Source: Candidatus Iainarchaeum sp.
GTDB lineage: Archaea > Iainarchaeota > Iainarchaeia > Iainarchaeales > JAZDEL01
DNA: 55,949 nucleotides
NCBI GenBank assembly: GCA_043820655.1
Contig: JBDRDO010000059.1
Location: 1 to 55,949 of the forward strand
Direction of reading: 5' to 3'
Numbering within the stretch: position 1 is the stretch's first letter; every line of letters begins with the position of its first letter. Below the pieces are notes generated by a model. That model saw nothing but the letters and a program-made list of their open reading frames with translations, was not told where the DNA came from and ran no database searches. The translations under genes were made by a program, and so were the position numbers. Positions 53,871 to 55,949 of this stretch are shown here, one piece after another.

Positions 53871-54761
53871 TTAATGCTGTGCGGTTTTGCTTTGCCCGAG
53901 GCGGCCGCGGGAGGGGCCTTTTCCAATATGCACTATACAGCCCGCAAGAATGAGAAGCGCACCACCCACTATTAGGTTCCGGGTCAGCGCCTCGCCGAGG
54001 AGCAGTACGGCAAGCGCGATTGCGGAAACCGCAAGAACAACCATTTCAATTGCCGAATAATGGTCGGCATGGATTTTTTCAAGCGCGAATGTTGTGAAGA
54101 GGTACGCGAGACCTGTTGAGATTGCCCCGATGCCTATAAGCCATGGCAGGGCGGGAAACCAGTCGCCTGCGCCCTGCAGTAACGGAAAGGGGAGCAGGAA
54201 TATGCTTGCAAACAGCATTATCCAGAAGATTGTGCTCACTGTGTGCGAGCGGTCTTCAAGGCGCATGAGGACTATTAGCAGGGCGAATGCCACAGCCGCA
54301 AGAAGGGCGAGTGCATTGCCGAACATCTGTTCAGGGGCGAGGGGGTTTATTATTGCAAGACCTGCGAAGGCAACTATGAATGCAATGCCCTCCTGGCGGG
54401 TTATTTTTTCCTTCAAAATGAAAAAGGCAAGCACAGCGGAGAACATGACCCACAGGGAGTGGATAAGGACTGTGTTTGACACGCCTGTGTGGAGGAATGC
54501 CGTGTTGTAAATTGCCTGCTCAGCCGCGAGAAGAAAGCCGATTCCCGCAAAGGCGATAAGGTCACGGGGCGTTTGTTTCAGGAAATGCGGGTCGATGCGC
54601 GGAACAACGATTGCGAGCAGAAGAAGCCCGATGAAAACGCGGAAGAAGGATATTGTCATAATTGGGACATTGCCGCCTATGAATTTCACGAAAATTCCAA
54701 CTGTGCTGAAGCATATTGCGGCAAGCACTGCGTAAAGATAGGGCTTCATGTGCAATAGCAA
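53871..54761 (-). CDS. EamA/DMT-family transporter
   Basis: 10 TM segments in two EamA-like halves. TATA-like ACTAATAAATAC about 20 nt upstream of the ATG. Confidence 0.8.
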   Translation of the reverse strand: MLLHMKPYLYAVLAAICFSTVGIFVKFIGGNVPIMTISFFRVFIGLLLLAIVVPRIDPHFLKQTPRDLIAFAGIGFLLAAEQAIYNTAFLHTGVSNTVLIHSLWVMFSAVLAFFILKEKITRQEGIAFIVAFAGLAIINPLAPEQMFGNALALLAAVAFALLIVLMRLEDRSHTVSTIFWIMLFASIFLLPFPLLQGAGDWFPALPWLIGIGAISTGLAYLFTTFALEKIHADHYSAIEMVVLAVSAIALAVLLLGEALTRNLIVGGALLILAGCIVHIGKGPSRGRLGQSKTAQH

Positions 54762-54935
54762 GGGGCAAAGTTGTATTTATTAGTTTCAGTTTTGCGAAAA
54801 GCAGTCCGCGTGAATAGCAGTGCCATCAAGCGCAAAGCGTGAAATGAAGTGCCGTGCTGCCGAGCGCGGCGAGAAGGGGAGTTGTCCGCACACGAACTAG
54901 TGCTGCCGAGCCAGCAGGCGAGGCGCACGGATCGT

Positions 54936-54955
54936 GCACGGATCCCTCCGTGCAT
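54936..54955 (-). other. perfect 8-bp hairpin abutting the tRNA 3' end
   Basis: Minus-strand UGCACGGA-GGGA-UCCGUGCA. Read directly. Confidence 0.6.
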
Positions 54956-55043
54956 GGGAAGAGCGGGATTTGGACCCGCGACACCATGGTTTCTGATTCA
55001 CCCTTATTTTGAAACTTCAGCCATGTGCTCTCCCAGACTGAGC
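54955..55043 (-). tRNA. tRNA-Phe (GAA) body from D-stem to 3' end, intron-containing, with no contiguous 5' acceptor strand
   Basis: Read on the minus strand: GCUC-AGUCUGGGA-GAGC-A-CAUGG-CUGAAG[24-nt intron]A-CCAUG-GUGUC-GCGGG-UCCAAAU-CCCGC-UCUCCCA-U. The D-arm and anticodon arm closely match archaeal tRNA-Phe. The nine nt upstream (UUACCUUUU) cannot pair with UCUCCCA. The T-loop has C at position 55. Confidence 0.6.
54991..55014 (-). other. canonical 37/38 bulge-helix-bulge tRNA intron (24 nt)
   Basis: CAUGG-CUGA-[AGU]-UUCA-AAAUAAGGG-UGAA-UCAG-[AAA]-CCAUG is a complete hBHBh' motif. Splicing gives the anticodon loop CUGAAGA. Confidence 0.8.
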
Positions 55044-55127
55044 AAAAGGTAAAACAATAAACTCAAACTATTGCTTTATTACCTTCCCACTGGGAGATAC
55101 CCCAATATTTGATTAAAAGAAAGTCTT

Positions 55128-55868
55128 TTAAGCAATAGTTAATTTCAATTTTCTCATTTTCTTAGCACTGTCAAACCCAACAAACCCATAAAACCTTGAG
55201 AGATTGTCTTTTCCCCTGACCTTTAATCGTATCCCTTGGACAACCGCCCCGCATTTCCGCTTATTCTTTCTGGAAAGTAAAAAAGGCACAGTGGATTTAA
55301 TGCCAAAATAATTGAGAAGCCCGCGCCGCATCTGATTCAAGAAAAAGGTGCCACTATCTGTCAAATCCACGGATTTGTGCAATTCAACCGCTATGGATTT
55401 GCCAGCCACATCGATGCCTGCTTCACAATCAAAATATCTCCTCACAAAGGAAGCGAAGAGCTTTTTATCATTTAAAATCCAGGTGGGAATCGAATATTTT
55501 TTCATGACTTTATTGCCGCACGGAACGCCAATCAAAAACAGGCTCTTTGCCAAAGGCCTGTAATTTACGCCGTAATTTTTAGTGTTGTACTGATTAGTAG
55601 TGCAGTCCCGTATTTTTCCTTTCAATCCGAATAATTCGGCGATAGTTTTTTCAAACCTGTTTAACTCACAACGGGAATTTGAACAATAATCAAAACGCCA
55701 TTTTGGATCGCCCTGAAGATGGCCGTCTGCCATTAAATCCGCAACTAATCCTGCGAGTTTTTGCGAGGGAACCAAAGGCAGCCAATGGTTTATTCTATTA
55801 TCAAATTTCAACTTATTATTTCGCGGATATGTTTTGAGAAGGCTTGTAAAATCAACTAGTGCGTCCAT
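55128..55868 (-). CDS. free-standing double-motif LAGLIDADG homing endonuclease
   Basis: KLAGLVADLMADGHLQG (motif 1) and FASFVRRYFDCEAGI (motif 2). 246 aa. Confidence 0.85.
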   Translation of the reverse strand: MDALVDFTSLLKTYPRNNKLKFDNRINHWLPLVPSQKLAGLVADLMADGHLQGDPKWRFDYCSNSRCELNRFEKTIAELFGLKGKIRDCTTNQYNTKNYGVNYRPLAKSLFLIGVPCGNKVMKKYSIPTWILNDKKLFASFVRRYFDCEAGIDVAGKSIAVELHKSVDLTDSGTFFLNQMRRGLLNYFGIKSTVPFLLSRKNKRKCGAVVQGIRLKVRGKDNLSRFYGFVGFDSAKKMRKLKLTIA

Positions 55869-55885
55869 ACATAATAAATTCAGGG

Positions 55886-55897
55886 TTTAATATAAAG
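55886..55897 (-). promoter_or_regulatory. TATA box for the LAGLIDADG gene (leaderless start)
   Basis: Minus-strand CTTTATATTAAA, centred about 24 nt upstream of the ATG at 55868. Confidence 0.5.
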
Positions 55898-55949
55898 CCC
55901 TTTTCAAGCACACCTCATTTCCCATGCGGTTTTGCCTTAAGTGATTTCC

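Noticed and set aside
55046-55086. A non-canonical BHB intron between a 5' exon GUGGGAAGG and the D-stem, using the AGGU/ACCU helix with AAU and UUU bulges
   Set aside because: Cleavage at the positions dictated by BHB geometry leaves 13 nt instead of 9 before the D-stem. The resulting acceptor strand also does not pair with UCUCCCA.
55868-55936. A giant tRNA intron carrying the LAGLIDADG ORF, with the 5' exon at about 55920-55929 (minus-strand GCAUGGGAAA pairs 9/10 with the tRNA 3' end plus trailer)
   Set aside because: No BHB can be drawn at either junction. The acceptor would contain an A-C mismatch, and the ORF has its own well-placed TATA box. The exact inverted 9-mer at 55091-55099 explains the missing strand better. 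This model cannot be fully excluded without RNA data.

Overview
This window is an archaeal chromosomal segment. It carries the conserved S19e / PDCD5-like / L39e / L31e / eIF6 / LX / prefoldin-alpha / FtsY block. It also carries SRP54, RNase P Rpp21, RPA, RadA, GGGP synthase, class I LysRS, archaeal TIM and an A24 prepilin peptidase. Starts use GAGGTG-type Shine-Dalgarno sites or TATA boxes about 25 nt upstream (leaderless). Housekeeping and metabolic genes fill most of 11-43 kb: RibD, RtcA, two-subunit class I fumarase, NifS/IscU, a class III RNR operon, an amino-acid dehydrogenase and Nth. The observations most worth a second look are these. (1) A 9.3-kb divergent island (1419-10767) encodes only secreted or anchored, Cys-rich, repeat-rich proteins. 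They include three tandem ~360-aa paralogs, a 1020-aa protein with acidic Cys-bounded repeats, and a pilin-like protein with a class III signal peptide. I read this as a candidate uncharacterised cell-surface or attachment module. (2) nrdD carries a LAGLIDADG intein, and its glycyl-radical tail is split off into a separate 54-codon ORF with its own SD. (3) A complete long RelA/SpoT-type gene sits among archaeal genes. (4) A tRNA-Phe(GAA) gene has a textbook BHB intron, but its 5' acceptor strand plus U8-A9 is present only as an exact inverted 9-mer 47 nt away, next to a free-standing LAGLIDADG gene. (5) An FtsX-ABC-FtsX transporter is operonic with a repeat-domain surface protein. No CRISPR array, rRNA gene or transposase was seen. 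All product calls come from motif recognition by eye; no database search or folding program was run.
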